Source: Eledone cirrhosa
Taxonomy: Eukaryota
Reading direction: 5' to 3'
NCBI GenBank assembly: GCA_964016885.1
Contig: CAXHJY010000724.1
Span: forward strand, 60,880 to 124,879
Length of the DNA stretch: 64,000 nt
A program made the translations under genes and the position numbers. Under the pieces are notes generated by a model. It made no database searches, was not told the origin of the DNA, and saw only the letters and a list, made by a program, of their open reading frames with translations. This document shows positions 33,258 to 46,795 of the stretch, in pieces (the stretch's first letter is position 1; the number at the start of each line of letters is the position of its first letter).

Positions 33258-33325
33258 TTCTATTATACATATTTCAGAGGTACTGAAACAAGTTCAACAG
33301 TACGTCCTCATCAGGTAAAATAAAA
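33258..33325 (-). ncRNA. Minimal hammerhead ribozyme motif (slightly degenerate)
   Basis: Minus strand reads UUUUAUUUUAC-CUGAUGA-GGAcGUACUG..CAGUACcUCU-GAAA-UAU-GUAUAAUAGAA. Confidence 0.65.
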
Positions 33326-33999
33326 TGATACATGACATACCCTGAGATGTTAATTGGTTAGGATTTAATCAAGGTAGTGATTAACTTATAAGAAAACTCA
33401 ATATGTATACCCTAATATTGAGAACAAGCGAAAACTTAATAGAATGAATAGAGAGGGTGTGAGTAAGAAAAACATTGCCTTAATGCAACAGTTATAGAGT
33501 TTTTAAAATTTGAAATACTACTATAGAACTATAGAGGAAGACGTATCTGGAGTTATAATTTATTTAGTATTTAGCTTGAGAAGACAACTGACAGATAATT
33601 AAAGAGAGGGAGAGACAAAGGGGAGTAATTTATGCTCAAATTTTCTTTAGACACACTTAAAAACATATAAAGCTTTGGCGGTTAAATTTCAAAATATATA
33701 ACATGTTATTTTAGGGAAAAGAATCAAAATTTTAGGCTTTAAAAGCTGATGGTTATTTGTATTAATTTTAGAATATAATTGTGTTAAATTTCTAAAATTC
33801 AAAGTTTTATGTAAACAAATTTAAAGGATTTACGACGCCCGTGAAAGAAAAGAATATAATGATCTCACAAAGGTAATCTTTAACAAAATTACTTGTAACA
33901 CTGATAACATTATCTATAATAATTTATGAGATTTTACAGTTATAACTATTAAGGAATTTAGTATTAAGTCATTATATTAGTTCTACCTTATAGTGAAGA

Positions 34000-34140
34000 C
34001 CGAACTCTAATTATGATTATGTTATTATACGATATAAATATATTTGTACAAACTATATATAGAGATATACCGAACTATAATTATGATTATGTTATTATAC
34101 AATATAAACATATTTGCACAAACTATATATAGAGATATAC
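34000..34140. repeat. 70-bp tandem duplication
   Basis: CCGAACT.TAATTATGATTATG... at 34000 and 34070. Confidence 0.9.
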
Positions 34141-34177
34141 TAAGTATTAATGAGACGGTATACAATTAATAAATAAT

Positions 34178-34363
34178 TGTTTTTACTTTTGGCACAAGGC
34201 CATCAATTATCCCAGTGCATTACTGGTACTTTAGTTTATCGACCCCGTAAGGATGAAAGGCAAAGTCAACCTCGGCGGGATTTGAACTCAGATCGTAAAG
34301 GGACGTAACTATGCTGGAAAGCATGGTGTCTGACCCTCTACCGATACTGCCAATCCACCGCCC
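34178..34363 (-). mobile_element. Full-length tRNA-derived SINE with 17-bp TSD
   Basis: B box GAGTTCAAATCC. TSD TACAATTAATAAATAAT at 34161-34177 and 34365-34381. Confidence 0.9.
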
Positions 34364-34443
34364 TTACAATTAATAAATAATAACGATTATAATCTTTGTT
34401 AGTGGTTCCGTACATGTGTAACTACGATTATCTTATTACACTA

Positions 34444-34627
34444 GGTGGTGGATTGGCAGTATCGCTAGAGGGTCGGACGCCATGCTTTCCAGCATAGTTA
34501 CGTCCCTTTGCGGTCTGAGTTCAAATCCCACCGAGGTTAACTTTGCCTTTCATCCTTACGGGGTCGATAAAATAAAGTACCAGTAATGCACTGGGTAATT
34601 GATGGCCTTGTGCCAAAAATAGAAACA
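34444..34627 (+). mobile_element. Full-length tRNA-derived SINE with about 17-bp TSD
   Basis: A-box-like TGGCAGTATCG and B box GAGTTCAAATCC. TSD ATTATCTTATTACACTA at 34427-34443 and 34628-34644. Confidence 0.9.
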
Positions 34628-34801
34628 ATTATCTTATTACACTAGATATATATTTATAATAAAATTTAATTGCTCACAAGAATATCTATTTTGTTAATAT
34701 TTGAATTAATATTAATAACTCTGGAAAATATCTCTTGTAGAATGCTTCCAATCTACTGTAAAACTCATTCTTTGATGTACTCATTGAATCTTGTTTAACT
34801 C

Positions 34802-34841
<40 letters not shown>

Positions 34842-35888
34842 ATGTCAGGTCGCTCTAGTGTGCTACTCTTAAGATGTACGCCAGTACAATCTGTCTCATG
34901 GTCGAGTCGTCGGAGACTAAACCGGCAACCCCACCGAGCTTGCTTGGTGAAGAGGGTGATATTTGGACACCTGCCCAGTGAAATACAAGATCCGGCAAAG
35001 AGCGGGAGAACTCAGCTGAGTCAACGGCCATCGAAATAGTACTTACTACTTTTTTTTCACCTGTGAGTGTAAGGCCCGCAGTTATTGTCGCAACACCATT
35101 CTAAATGAGGGATACATGCTGCTTCGGAAGCATCCGATGATATTGATCAGTTCTCCTTTTCGGGTAAGGTTTTCGATCCTCAGAGAGTGGGATTGGTCCA
35201 GTGTGAAAGGCCTTTCCCCACTAAAAAAAATATATATATTATTGCTTGTTCAGGAACAGGTTCGTGTCGCTGGCCCGTAATCTAAAAGTGCACCATTTTC
35301 TAAAATTTGACAAGCGATTGCACAGAGTTTGCAATCATCATATCTATTTATCTATCTATCTATCTATCTCTCTCTCTATATATATATATATGTATGTATG
35401 TGTGTGTGTGTGTGTTTGTGTGTGTGTGATTGTGTGTTTGTGTGTGTGCGTGTGTGTGTTTGTGTGTGTGTGTGTGCGTGTCCATGTGTCTGTGTCTGTG
35501 TGTATTCACAAACTATTACTTACATTTACTTTCCTATTTAAATTGTGCCTCGCCCTCCGCACTCACGCCATATAATCTCCATAACTGGCCCCTTTGTCAA
35601 TCTAGTTATATTTGTTACTAAGTACATTCCGTTTCACCCCGTGTCTTTCTCTTTGTGATTCTTTGCTTTTCTCAATCCCTACCATTTAAAATGTTTCGTG
35701 CATCCCTTGTTTCTCTCTCTCCCTTTCTTAACTTTGCATTCTTTCTTACAACTACATTAACTCAAATCCTTTCTTATTTCCCTTCAATACGTGTCTTTTA
35801 GTTTTCTACCATACATTCTCTCATTAGTCTAACCCCCTTTGTTTACTGAATCTCTCTCGTGTTTCACTCGCCCTTCTCCCTCTGCTTC

Positions 35889-35982
<94 letters not shown>

Positions 35983-36024
35983 AATATATATATATATATC
36001 TCCACACACACACACATACACGCT

Positions 36025-36077
<53 letters not shown>

Positions 36078-36129
36078 TTATATATATGTATATATATATA
36101 TATGTATATGTGTGTGTGTGTGTCTGTGT

Positions 36130-36160
<31 letters not shown>

Positions 36161-36165
36161 CATAC

Positions 36166-36199
<34 letters not shown>

Positions 36200-36349
36200 A
36201 TCTTTATTTTTCTTTCTCATTATATTTCTCGATGACCCATCTCCATTAATCTCTATACTGCTTCATCTCGCTTTCCCATCATATCCCCATACGCATCCAC
36301 TATCTCCTCTACTTTTAACTTCAATATACCATTTCTTAAGCAGCCGGCG

Positions 36350-37050
36350 ACATTGATTGATAACATGGAGGAATCAGAGCACAACTTATTCCTCATCGGA
36401 CACGCTATTTTGTCATTCAACGAATACAGGATCAGAAAGTTTTCTCAAGCTCTGGAATTAAGTAAGAGCATCACCGCTGAAATTTTGCCGAGAAAGGAAA
36501 TATTACAAAGCCAAGAAGTAAATTAGTTACGAACCAGATCTAAGGGGACAACTCCCTCTGGAACTCTTTAATTTATTGGGTTTCTCTTCCGATGTTCGAA
36601 AATAACCATAAATCTAAACGACGGAATGACAGAACTCTTTCCCAGTGATTCTAACTACCAAGTAAGTAGTAATTTAAATGAAACTGTTATCGTTAGGTTT
36701 GAAGAGATCGTTACATCAAATGAATTGATGCAATGCATCTTGTGCGACATCCTATTAAGTTACGGGTCAGAAAACATCTTTTAAGTTGAAAGATAACTTT
36801 GTATTAATACAAAAACTTAAATTAGAAAGCGGACTTGGGTCAGCCTGACATTTTTAGAGAATATTTCTCTAGGAACTGTCACTCTAGTCTCCAGTATGGT
36901 TGGCAACTGCCAGTGCAATTTAACATCAATAAAAACTATCGTAGTGAATTTTATCATTTCAGTGTTGGAGTTGTGGTTGGGGATTATTGTAAAGAGAAAG
37001 AGAATTATAGAAAATAATGTAAAAGCTAAACAAAGATATACGCCGTAGTT
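36350..37050. pseudogene. Possible decayed PLE fragment with internal inversion
   Basis: Plus-strand traces KLLSLGLK and LKDN..RKADLG (compare KADKG). Minus-strand trace SLFTIIP (compare DV.SLFTNIP). Confidence 0.35.
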
Positions 37051-37069
37051 AAAACGGAATAGCCCACAA

Positions 37070-37085
37070 TAACTACTACTACTAT

Positions 37086-37123
<38 letters not shown>

Positions 37124-37235
37124 ATACTACTACTGCTACTACAACTACTACTACTGCTGCTGCTTCTGCCACTATATGACTACTACTACCACTACTACTG
37201 CTACTACTACTACTACTACTAATAATAATAATACT

Positions 37236-37292
<57 letters not shown>

Positions 37293-37380
37293 TTATTACT
37301 ACTACTAATACTACTACCACTACTGCTGCTGCTGATGCTGCTACTACAACTACTCCTACTACTAGTACTACTACTAACGA
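37070..37380. repeat. Imperfect (CTA)n/(TAG)n microsatellite
   Basis: Directly visible. Confidence 0.95.
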
Positions 37381-37383
37381 TAA

Positions 37384-40300
37384 TAGGTGGTCATCCCCCC
37401 AATAGGGGGATGACCACCTAGGGTTCGCTCAGGTACCCCACTACTCCTGAACGACCCGACGCTTCGAGAGCACCTTGGAAGGGAAGCCCTCTCCTCTTCA
37501 AATTTACCTACCTACAGCCGCATGAACAGAGTAGGCCCACTCACACGGGCCATTCTCGCCACATTCACCCACCTTTCAGCAAATGTACTGGGAGGCAGCA
37601 CTTCTCTCTCCACCCTCACCTTCCTTTCCAAGTGAAACTTGAAAAAGTTGATGAGGGATTGGCCGAAGAGAAAAGTGTCTGTCTTCAGTCCTTTCAATCT
37701 CGTCCACCATACAACCTCTTTTGCTACTGCCACCAGACAGAGGAAAATTGCCTGCGCTTCCTGGCCAAAAGAAGGCGGCGGGTCGATCTTCACTATGGAC
37801 TCGGCCGATAGCCGGATCCGTTCTACACGCGACAACAGCTGTTCAACATATCTCCACAAGTCAGTAATGCACGGACCCTGGACGAGTGCGTGCAGAACGG
37901 TTTCGTCGCTCTGCGCGCATCTCGGGCAGGTCCGTCTGACAGCACTTCCGTGCCTGTAGAGTTCATCTCGAACCGGCAGTGCCCCCCCAGTAGCACTGCC
38001 AAGCGAGGGATTTTTGGAAACTATCCATCGTCCCCGGCTCGAAAGTCCTCCGGTACAGACAGGTTAGTTCGACTTCGTTGACTCCCAGAGCCTCTCCGAG
38101 TGCATCGTCGCACTTGCCCACCACTAATCCTCTATAGAACTCGAGAGTGGAAGTTCAACTGACCGCATTTCCCGCCTGGTAGAGGGCAGAGAGTGCCTGG
38201 CAACATTCCAGATGCCAGTTACCCAGTCTCGGTCACTTCTTTACTGCAACTCAGTCAAAGAAACGAGCTGCAGAAAGGCCCGTCTGAAAAACGGCGACCA
38301 CACCTGTTCACCGTTTAGGCAGAATATCTGGAGATGCCACAGCCTCAGCGCGTCTCTGCGCATCATTAGCGACGGCATGCCCAGCCCTCCACGTAGAGGG
38401 TGCTGCAGCAGATGGACCCCCTCACCAGCGGAACCTGACACCTCCACAAGAATTTGAAGAGGAGCCGCTCCAAAATGGCGAGGAGCGAACGGGGGCAAGT
38501 GACGACAGTCAGACGGTAGTAGATGACGGACGCGATGTACGCGTTCGCCACCTCCGCCCGACCATTCAGTGACAGCTTCATCCCAGCCCATTTCTGGGTG
38601 AGACTGACTAACCTGCCCGTCATCTCGTCCCAAATATTATCCACCTGAAGGTCTGGCATGAACCAAATCCTTAGCAGCTTTACCCGTCCGTCCCTCCAGC
38701 GCCTAACGACGCTGTTGGAAGGCATGGACTGGCCTCTCCAGGTGCCGATTTGCAAGCCTACTGACTTTTCCGGGTTAAGTTTTGCTCCCGTCAACCTTTC
38801 ATATTCCTCCAATAAGTTGCCGACCACCTCGATTTCTGAGGTGTCCGACACCATCACGGTGATGTCTGCATAAGCCGACACAGCCTTTCCGCCACCCTGT
38901 TCGAGCGGGAAGCCCTGCAACAGCTCCTGCTTCCGCAGTAAAGGCTCGAGAATCAATACGTACAGAAGGGAGGAGAAGACACCCTTGACGGACCGATCGG
39001 GAGACCTGAAATGGTTCCGAAAGGTGGCCATTAATTTTGACCACCGAGCTGGTGCTGCTGTGCATTGAAGCGGTCCAGCTTCTGAAGACGGGGCCGAAGC
39101 CAGCCGCATTCAGGACAGCCTCCATGTACCGATGGTCGACCCTATCGAATGCTTTCGATTGATCTAAATTGATCAGAGACCCACCGAAGCCAGGTTTACA
39201 CCCAACCCTCTCTATGATGTATCGCATTCGGTGGAGGTTGTCGTGTATGGACCTGGTTGGTATTGCGCAAGTTTGCGCCTCCCCAATTAAATCCCCGACG
39301 ACAAGTGCCAACCTCTTCGCTAACACCCTGGCCAAAATCTTAAACTCTGTGTTGAGCAGAGTTATGGGCCTGAAATTGTCTAATGTGCCCCTCTTGTTCT
39401 CGTCTTTCCTTATCAGCGTCACTACGCCCCGGCTCACAGAACTGTGAATACTCCCGTTTTGCTGCGAGTTGCAGTAGAGGGCTTCGAGGAGATTGGAGAA
39501 CAAGTCTGGCATATTTTCGTAAAGCTCGAGGGCAGACCATCCAAACCGGGTGACTTGCGCCTCATGCAGCCTACAAGGGCATCCTGAATCTCGGCTGAAG
39601 TAATTGGCCTTTCGCAGCGCCCAGCGTCAGTCGTTGAGAGTTGCGCCAAGCCATCGAGTTAGGGACTGAAGTCCTTCCCCATCTCTGACCCGCCACTTCC
39701 CCCGAACAACCGAGCTAAATGTTGGCGAAAGGCCTCACACATCCTCTTGGAATCGCTCAGCTCATGCCCGTCGCGGTCCGTCAAAGACCGAATCGTGGTT
39801 TATTACCACGCTGCGCCTCTGCCACACGGGCCCATTGAACAGCTTTGGTTCTCTCGTTTCTCAGAGCACACGCCTTAGCTCTGACAATGCAGCCTTCGTG
39901 TTTCGCATTGAGTATATGGTCTAATGCTATTCTCGCCGCTAGCACATCAGTTGCAATGCCACTACCAATAGCCTCGTCTAACTTATCTACCAACTCCCCC
40001 TCCTCTCTATTTTTCTCTAATGCTACTTCTTTGCTAAACTCTATCGACATTACTCTAATCTCTCTTTTGAGAGCCCCCCACCATCTATTGTTGACGACTC
40101 CCACTGTCAACTTTATCTTAACTAAATTGTTGACCTGGTCCCTGTAATCCTTACGTGCCGGAAATGACATGTTTAGCTTCCAGTAACCAGATCCTAACCC
40201 GCGCGTCTTTTCTAGGTCGACCATGCAGTTCACAAACTTGTGATCTGAATAGGCGACCGTTTCAAAACGTGGACAGCTTACAGTATTTCTGTCTATTTTC

Positions 40301-42524
40301 CTAATGAATATCCTGTCTATATACGATCTAGATGACCCTATGCGGTTAGTCCAGGACCACACTGGTGCATTAGGGAAATCGAGTCGGTACCTGTCAGACA
40401 GTTGGAACTGGCTGATCAGGTTCTTGAGGCTTTTGCACCCATCGCTCCTATCGGATACTCCCACACAGTCCCAGCGTGCGTCTAAGATGCCGTTCCAGTC
40501 CCCCGCTAACAGTAAAGGGCGAGACGTACCAGAAAGGTTTCCAGGCGTCTAAAGAAGTCCGGCCGTCCTGCCCCAGTAGGAGCATAGACGGCCACCAGGC
40601 TAAAGGCACCACCTTCATTATTGTTCACGTCCAGGTACTAACTTCCCGTCCAGGTCCCGGAAGATCGACCTTACTTCGAGATCCAGGCCTTTCCTAAACA
40701 GCACTGCCCCCCTCCTCCCATTCCCGGCCGGATGTTGTTTCGGTTGTATCTGTGTTTGTTGTGAGTGCGGTGTCTGTGGTTTCAGATTTTTGTGTGTATA
40801 TTTGTTCTTGCGTCTGTTTCGGTTGTTTCGTTTGAGGGATTCTGGTGATGGTGATTGTGGTATTGATGTTGATGTTATTGGAGAGATGTTTGCGTGGGTG
40901 GTGTCTGCGTTTTTTATTGTGGGTGATTTTGTGCTCTGTTGAGTTTTTTCTTTTTCTTTTTGTGTTTCTTTTTTTGGTATTTTGGGGGATTTTGGATTTC
41001 CCTCATTTTCACTACTGGTAGATGAGGGGTCTGTGTCTGTAAGTGTGTCTGTATGTATGTTTATGGTTTTATTGGTGTGTGTATTTTGGGGGGGAGGGGG
41101 ACTTTGCATGGTGGTCAATGTTGGTGGTGTTCTCTCTATTGGTGTTGTTGGTGGTTTTGCCGGTGCAGGTGTTGGTTGTGGTCCTCGCCCGGCGCCGGCA
41201 GCAGTGGAGCCTTTCGACCCCTTGCCTCTTTCAGCAGTTGAGGGCAGAAGGCTCGCAAATGGGTTTTTTTTCCCACAAACAAAACACTGCAGCCTTTTGC
41301 CTTCGGTCATAATGTGAATGACAGTCCCATTCTGAAGGCGGATGTTGTCTGGGATTGTCTTCACATTCTCGAGCCTGATCTGGAGAAGGATCTTCAGGTC
41401 AACCCCGGACCCGTCCTCTCTGGCCGTTCTGGTCACTTCTATAGGGACTGTATCCGTCCCCTCCACAATCACACGTCCCAGAAGCCACCACATGTCAAGT
41501 CCTGGTGGGTTTCTGGGAATGCGGAGACGGGCCGTTCTTTTTCCCATGTGGGAGGGGTACATTATGACCTTGCTGGTTTTGCAAGGAGTCATAGCGTGTT
41601 TCATAGCGAGGGCTTCTGACTTGAACAACACCGAAATGGTGCCGTACTGTCTGCCCCTCTCTATGTACTGGGTGTCTTCTCTGATACACCTCAGCGCGAC
41701 TTCGACATCTTCTTGTGGGATTAACGCTCCTTTTGGTTTGTGCTGAGATGCATCTATAATGCACCATATTGCGCACCACTGCCTCATTAATTTCTACCGG
41801 GACAGTTAAGTTGGCCCAAGTTTTCTCTTGCTGGATGAGCTTCCATGCCTGGGCCATCTTTTCATCTTTGTTTGAGAGGTCCATGTTGAAGCATGGCCTC
41901 TTTTTTGCTGCTGCCGCAGCGAACGTGGTCTTGTTTTCGTCGGGGGTGTTGTTGACGTTGTTCTTGTTGGTGTTGTTGTTCGAACTGTCGCTGTTATCAT
42001 TGTTGTCTTTGTTGCCACCGTTGTTCTCGGTGCAGTTGGTATTGTTGCTGTTGGTGTTGTCGTTATTTGTTTTCATGTTAGTGGTGTTGATATTGTTGTA
42101 TTTGTGATTTTTTTGTTGTTATCTGTATTTTCGTTGTCGCTGTTACTGTCATTTTTTTCAAAATTAGAGTTTATTGGTATCATTGGTGTCTTTGTTTACC
42201 TTGTTTGTGGTGGTGTTTGTGTTATCAATGTGTGTTAATTTCGCTGTAGCGCTCATCTTAACTTCTACGTCATTGTCGCACGACAGCCGACATATCGCTG
42301 GGGGTTGTGGCTCAGCCATGTTGTGTTTTCTTCGTAAATATTTTAATATGTAAAAAAAAAAGTTCAAATATTTGGGCCAAAAGGCCCAAATATTATACTT
42401 TCCCCTTCACGGTGCAAAGTCTAAGGGCTTATATCCCTTACCCAACAAGAAATATTTAACAAAAAATAATTTAAGCAGGCAAATAAAGCGACTTACTGTG
42501 AGCGAGCAAAATACGTCCGCTTAG
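37384..42524 (-). mobile_element. Tx1-clade element (copy 2, diverged family); internal deletion across the ORF1/ORF2 boundary
   Basis: ORF1 with Asn-rich N-terminus and CFVCGKK knuckle remnant. APE/RT fragments FRPITLLN, LDQSKAFDRV, AYAD. The deletion junction lies near 40720. Confidence 0.92.
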
Positions 42525-42560
42525 AACAATAATAATAATAATAAAAATAATAATAATAAT

Positions 42561-45085
42561 ATTTTCTTCATTAACCACAAGGGTTTACATAAAGTAGACA
42601 TTAAGGACAGTACAGGACAATACAGGAGGGTACAAATGGGCATTTCTGCGTGTAAAAAAACAGAGGATGTAATAAAAATAACAATGACAAATTCCCCAAT
42701 AGAGGGGAGACTTCCGAAGTACATTTGTGAAGAAAGCCCATTAAAAGACCACAGTGACCCTGACCAACAGGGAAAGTGCCCTCTCCCAGTTTTCCACCTT
42801 TAATTTACAGACACATACTCAGAATAGGCCCATTCAGTCGGGCCATTCTTGCTTCTCTCACCCATCTTTCAACAAAATGCTGGGAAGAGAGCACCTCCCT
42901 CTCTACCCTGATTTTCCTTTTCAAATGGAATTTGAAAAAAGTTAATCAGGGCATCACCGAAGAGGTACGTGCTCGTCTTCAACCTCTTCAAACGTGTCCA
43001 CCATAATATCTCTTTCGCCATGGCCACCAGACATATAAAAACTGCCTGCCCTTCCCGGCTAAAGGAAGAGGGCGGGGCAATCCTCACGATGGACACAGCT
43101 GATAGCTGGATCCGTCCTACACGTGACAGCAGGTGTTCGACATAAACCTACAAGTCAGCAATGCTCGGACACTGGACGAGTGCGTGCAGAACGGTTTCGT
43201 CACCCTGCGCGCATCTCGGACCGCCCGGCTGACGGCACCTCCATGCCTGTAGAGTTTATCCCGAACTGGCAAAGCTCCTCCGTAGCACTGCCAGGACAGG
43301 GATTTCTAGAATTTGTCCATAGGCCCCGGCCCGAAAGTCCTTCCGAAGAGATTGGCTAGTTGATTTTCGTCGACGCCTAGAGTTTGTCTAAGTACGACGT
43401 CGCTCTTACCCTCCACTAATCCTCAATAGAACGCCGAGTTTGAGCTTTCACCGATCACATTGCCCAATTGGTCGAGGGCTGTGAGCGCCTGAAGACATTC
43501 CAGTCTCCAGGCGCTCCCTCTCGGTCTTTGCTTGACTCAGGACTGCAGCTCCGCCAAGGAGACGAGCTGGGGAAAGACGTGTCTAGCAAACGGCGACCAC
43601 ACTTGATCACCGTCGAGGAATAGAAGGAGATGTCGTAGCCTGAGCGCGTGTCTGTGCATCATCAGCCACGGCATACCCAGCCCTCCAAGTAGCGGGTGTG
43701 GACAGCAGATGGACCGCCTGACCATCGGAGCGCGTCCCTTCCACAAAAAGCGAAAGAGCAAACGCTCCAGCTCAGTCAGGCGGGGTTTAGGACAAGGTAC
43801 GACGGTCAGGCGGTAGTAGATGACGGACGTGCTGTACGCGTTAGCCACCTCCGCTCGACCTTTCAGGGATAGCTTCCTCTCCGCCCATTTCTGGGCCAGA
43901 GAAGCCACCCTGCTCGTCACCTCGTCCCAGTTTTTGTCCGTCTGGAGGTTAGGACCGAACCAGACCCTAGAAATGTAACTGTCCGTCCGTCCAGGTCCCG
44001 ACGACGCTGTTGGACGGCATGGACCTGCCCCTCCAGGTGCCGAGCTGCAGGCCCACTGACTTTTCCTAGTTGATCATTGCTCCTGTCACCGCTTCGTATT
44101 CTCTCAGTGTAGTGCCGATCGCCTCGATGTGTTTTGCGTTCGACACCACTACGGTGACATAGTCCGCATATACTGACAGGGATCTCCCGCATCCTAGTTC
44201 GCGCGGGACGCCCCTCAACGTGTCCAGTTTGTGCAGTAATGGCTCGAGAGTCAATACGTACAAGAGGGACGAGAGGGGACATCCTTAGCGGACCGAGCCC
44301 ATGATGTTGAACGGTTCCGAAAGGTGACCGTTCACTCTCACCACAGAGCAGATGTCGCTGTGCATGGCAGCGATCCAGTCTCTGAAGACGGGCCCAAAGC
44401 CAGCCGCCCTCAGGTCTGCCGCTAGGTAACGATGGTCGACCCTATTGAATGCTTTCGACTGATCTAAATTGATCAAAGAACCACCCGTGCCAGGTTCCCT
44501 AGCTACCCTCTCTACGATGTATCGCATGAGGTGGAGGTCGTCGTGGATGGATCTGTCGGGAATGGCGCATGTCTGCACCTTTCCCACCAGTCCACCAACG
44601 ACAAGCGCCAACCTCTTTGCTAGCACCTTGGCCAAAATATTGAACTCTGTGTTTAGCAGAGTTATGGGCCTGAAATTATCAATGTTATCCCCCTTGTTCG
44701 GATCCTTTCTCAGCAGCGCCACAGCTCCTTGGCACACAGAGCTGGGAATTCTCCCGTTCTGTTGCCAGTTGCAGTAGACGTCCACTAAGAGGCCTCCGAA
44801 CAAGTCTGGCATCTGTATGTAAAGTTCATAGGGCAGACCATCCAAACCAGGCGATTTGCCCCTTTGTGCAGCCAGCCATTGCCTCCCGTACTTCAGCGGC
44901 TGTTATCGGCTTTTCGCAACACACTGCCTCAGTGGCCGAGAGCCTCGGCAGTCCGTCGAGGTAGACACTAAAGTCCATCCCTCGATCCGGCCCGCCGCTG
45001 CCCCCGAACAGCTGTGCGAAGTGTCGCTGAAAAGCTTCACACATTTGCCCGGGATCGTGTAGCATGTGCCCGTCGTGGTCCACCA
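42561..45085 (-). mobile_element. Tx1-clade element (copy 3, same family as copy 1); 5'-truncated
   Basis: RT through 3' UTR is highly similar to 8460-10956. The 3' end abuts the AAT tract at 42527-42560. Confidence 0.92.
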
Positions 45086-46786
45086 AGACCTAGAGATCTT
45101 CAAGGTGGCAGATAACATCAGACAGTTGTTGGGCAAAAGTATGAAGTCCTGGAAAAAAGAGTTAACATCAGCTGGAGAATCCTTGGGAGGCGTGAAGATC
45201 CAGAGAGGTATCTTCCAGGGAGATAGTATGTCTCCACCGTTGTTTGTCCTCTCCCTGACCATTATACTACGAAAAGTGAGAGCAGGATACAAGTTGGGAA
45301 AGGGAGAGCTTACCATCAATCACCTCCTCTTCATGGACGATCTTAAGTTCTTCGTTAAGAGTGAGAAGGAGTTGGATGTGCTTGTTGACACTGTCCGTAT
45401 TTTCAGCAATGATATATGTATGCAATTTGGTATTAGTAAGTGTGGAGTCCTTGTGATGAAGATGGATGAATTGAGCAGAAGCAACGGAATTCAGGTACCA
45501 ACAGGTGACATGATAAAGGAAATTGACACTGAAGAAGAATACATGTAGTTGGGTGTTCTGGAGGCTGGTGATATCAAGAACAAAAAAAATAAGGAATTGA
45601 TAAGATCTGAATACATTCGAAGAGTAAGGAGCGTATTAAAGTCACACCTGAACAGTAGGAATGCCATACGTGCACTAAATTCACGAGCTGTGTCTATTAT
45701 TAGGTACCGTGCGGGAATTCTGAGATGGAATGTTGCTGAACAAAAAGAAATGGATAGGAAGACTAGGACGCTATTGACTATTTACATGTTCCACAAGAGG
45801 AGTGATGTCGATAGACTCTACTTAAGGAGATGTGAAGGTGGAAGATGTCTTATCAGCATAGAGGACATTGTTCAGATGAAGAAAAACAACCTACACAAAT
45901 ACGTGACTGATAGTAAGGAGCCAATGCTCAGAATTGTACGGAAGGAGAGGACAATAGACCAGGGGATCTCCAAGGAGGAAATAACAACAAGGAGAAAGAG
46001 CGAGAAAACTGAATTCAGAGATCCACAGACATGGAACTGGTTGAAAAGGGGAGACCTTAAAAAGGCTACAGAAGGAATGTTAATAGCTGCGCAAGAGTAG
46101 GCCCTCAAAACGAAGTGGTTGAAACACCATATTTACAAGGATGAGGCTAGCCCACTGTGCAGAGACTGTGGCTCACATTGTATCCGAGTCTAAACACCTA
46201 TCCCAGACTCACTATAAGGGCTGGAGACATGATGTGATGGGCAGGGTGATCCACTGGCACCTTTGCAAAGTAAACAATTTACCACATTCTGAGAAGTGGT
46301 ATGAGCATAAACCAGAATCGGTGGTAGAAAACGATCAGGTGAAGGTGCTGTGCGATTTTAGGATACAGACGGACAAGAAACTGGAACACAATAGACCTGA
46401 CCTTGTGGTTTTGGACAAGGGAAAAAGATCGTGCCTGATTATGGATGTGGCCTGCCCATTCGACACGAGAGTGTAAGAGAAGGAGAGGGAGAAAATTAAC
46501 CGATAGTAGGACTTAAAGTGGGAGGTAAAAAGAATTTGGAACTGCCATGAAGTCAAAGTGGTCCCGATTGTCATAGGCGCACTAGGTACTATCTCAAAAG
46601 GTTTCCAGGGATGGTTAAAGAAATTTGACCCCGGCACGCTTTTTGGAACGCTTCAAAAGGCATGCTTGCTGGGAATAGCAAGAACACTCCGATACGTCCT
46701 GAATATCTGAGGCTGCAGGTAGTGGCTTGATATTCTTTTCAACAAACTTTCCAGTTAACTAACATCAATGGCTGAGACTCAAAAAC
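45081..46786 (+). mobile_element. R4/Dong family B element; 5'-truncated
   Basis: GIFQGDS, FMDDLK, WRHD, RPDLVV, DVACPFD. The 3' UTR matches 2145-2222 and ends in AATAATAAT. Confidence 0.92.
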
Positions 46787-46795
46787 AATAATAAT

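Larger units (their letters stand above)
33211..34806. mobile_element. PLE-like insertion, family D, with inverted pLTR ends and two nested SINEs
   Basis: About 60-bp inverted repeats at 33211-33270 and 34648-34711, tail of about 95 nt, minus-strand HHR motif at 33258-33325, (TA)n flanks. Confidence 0.62.
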
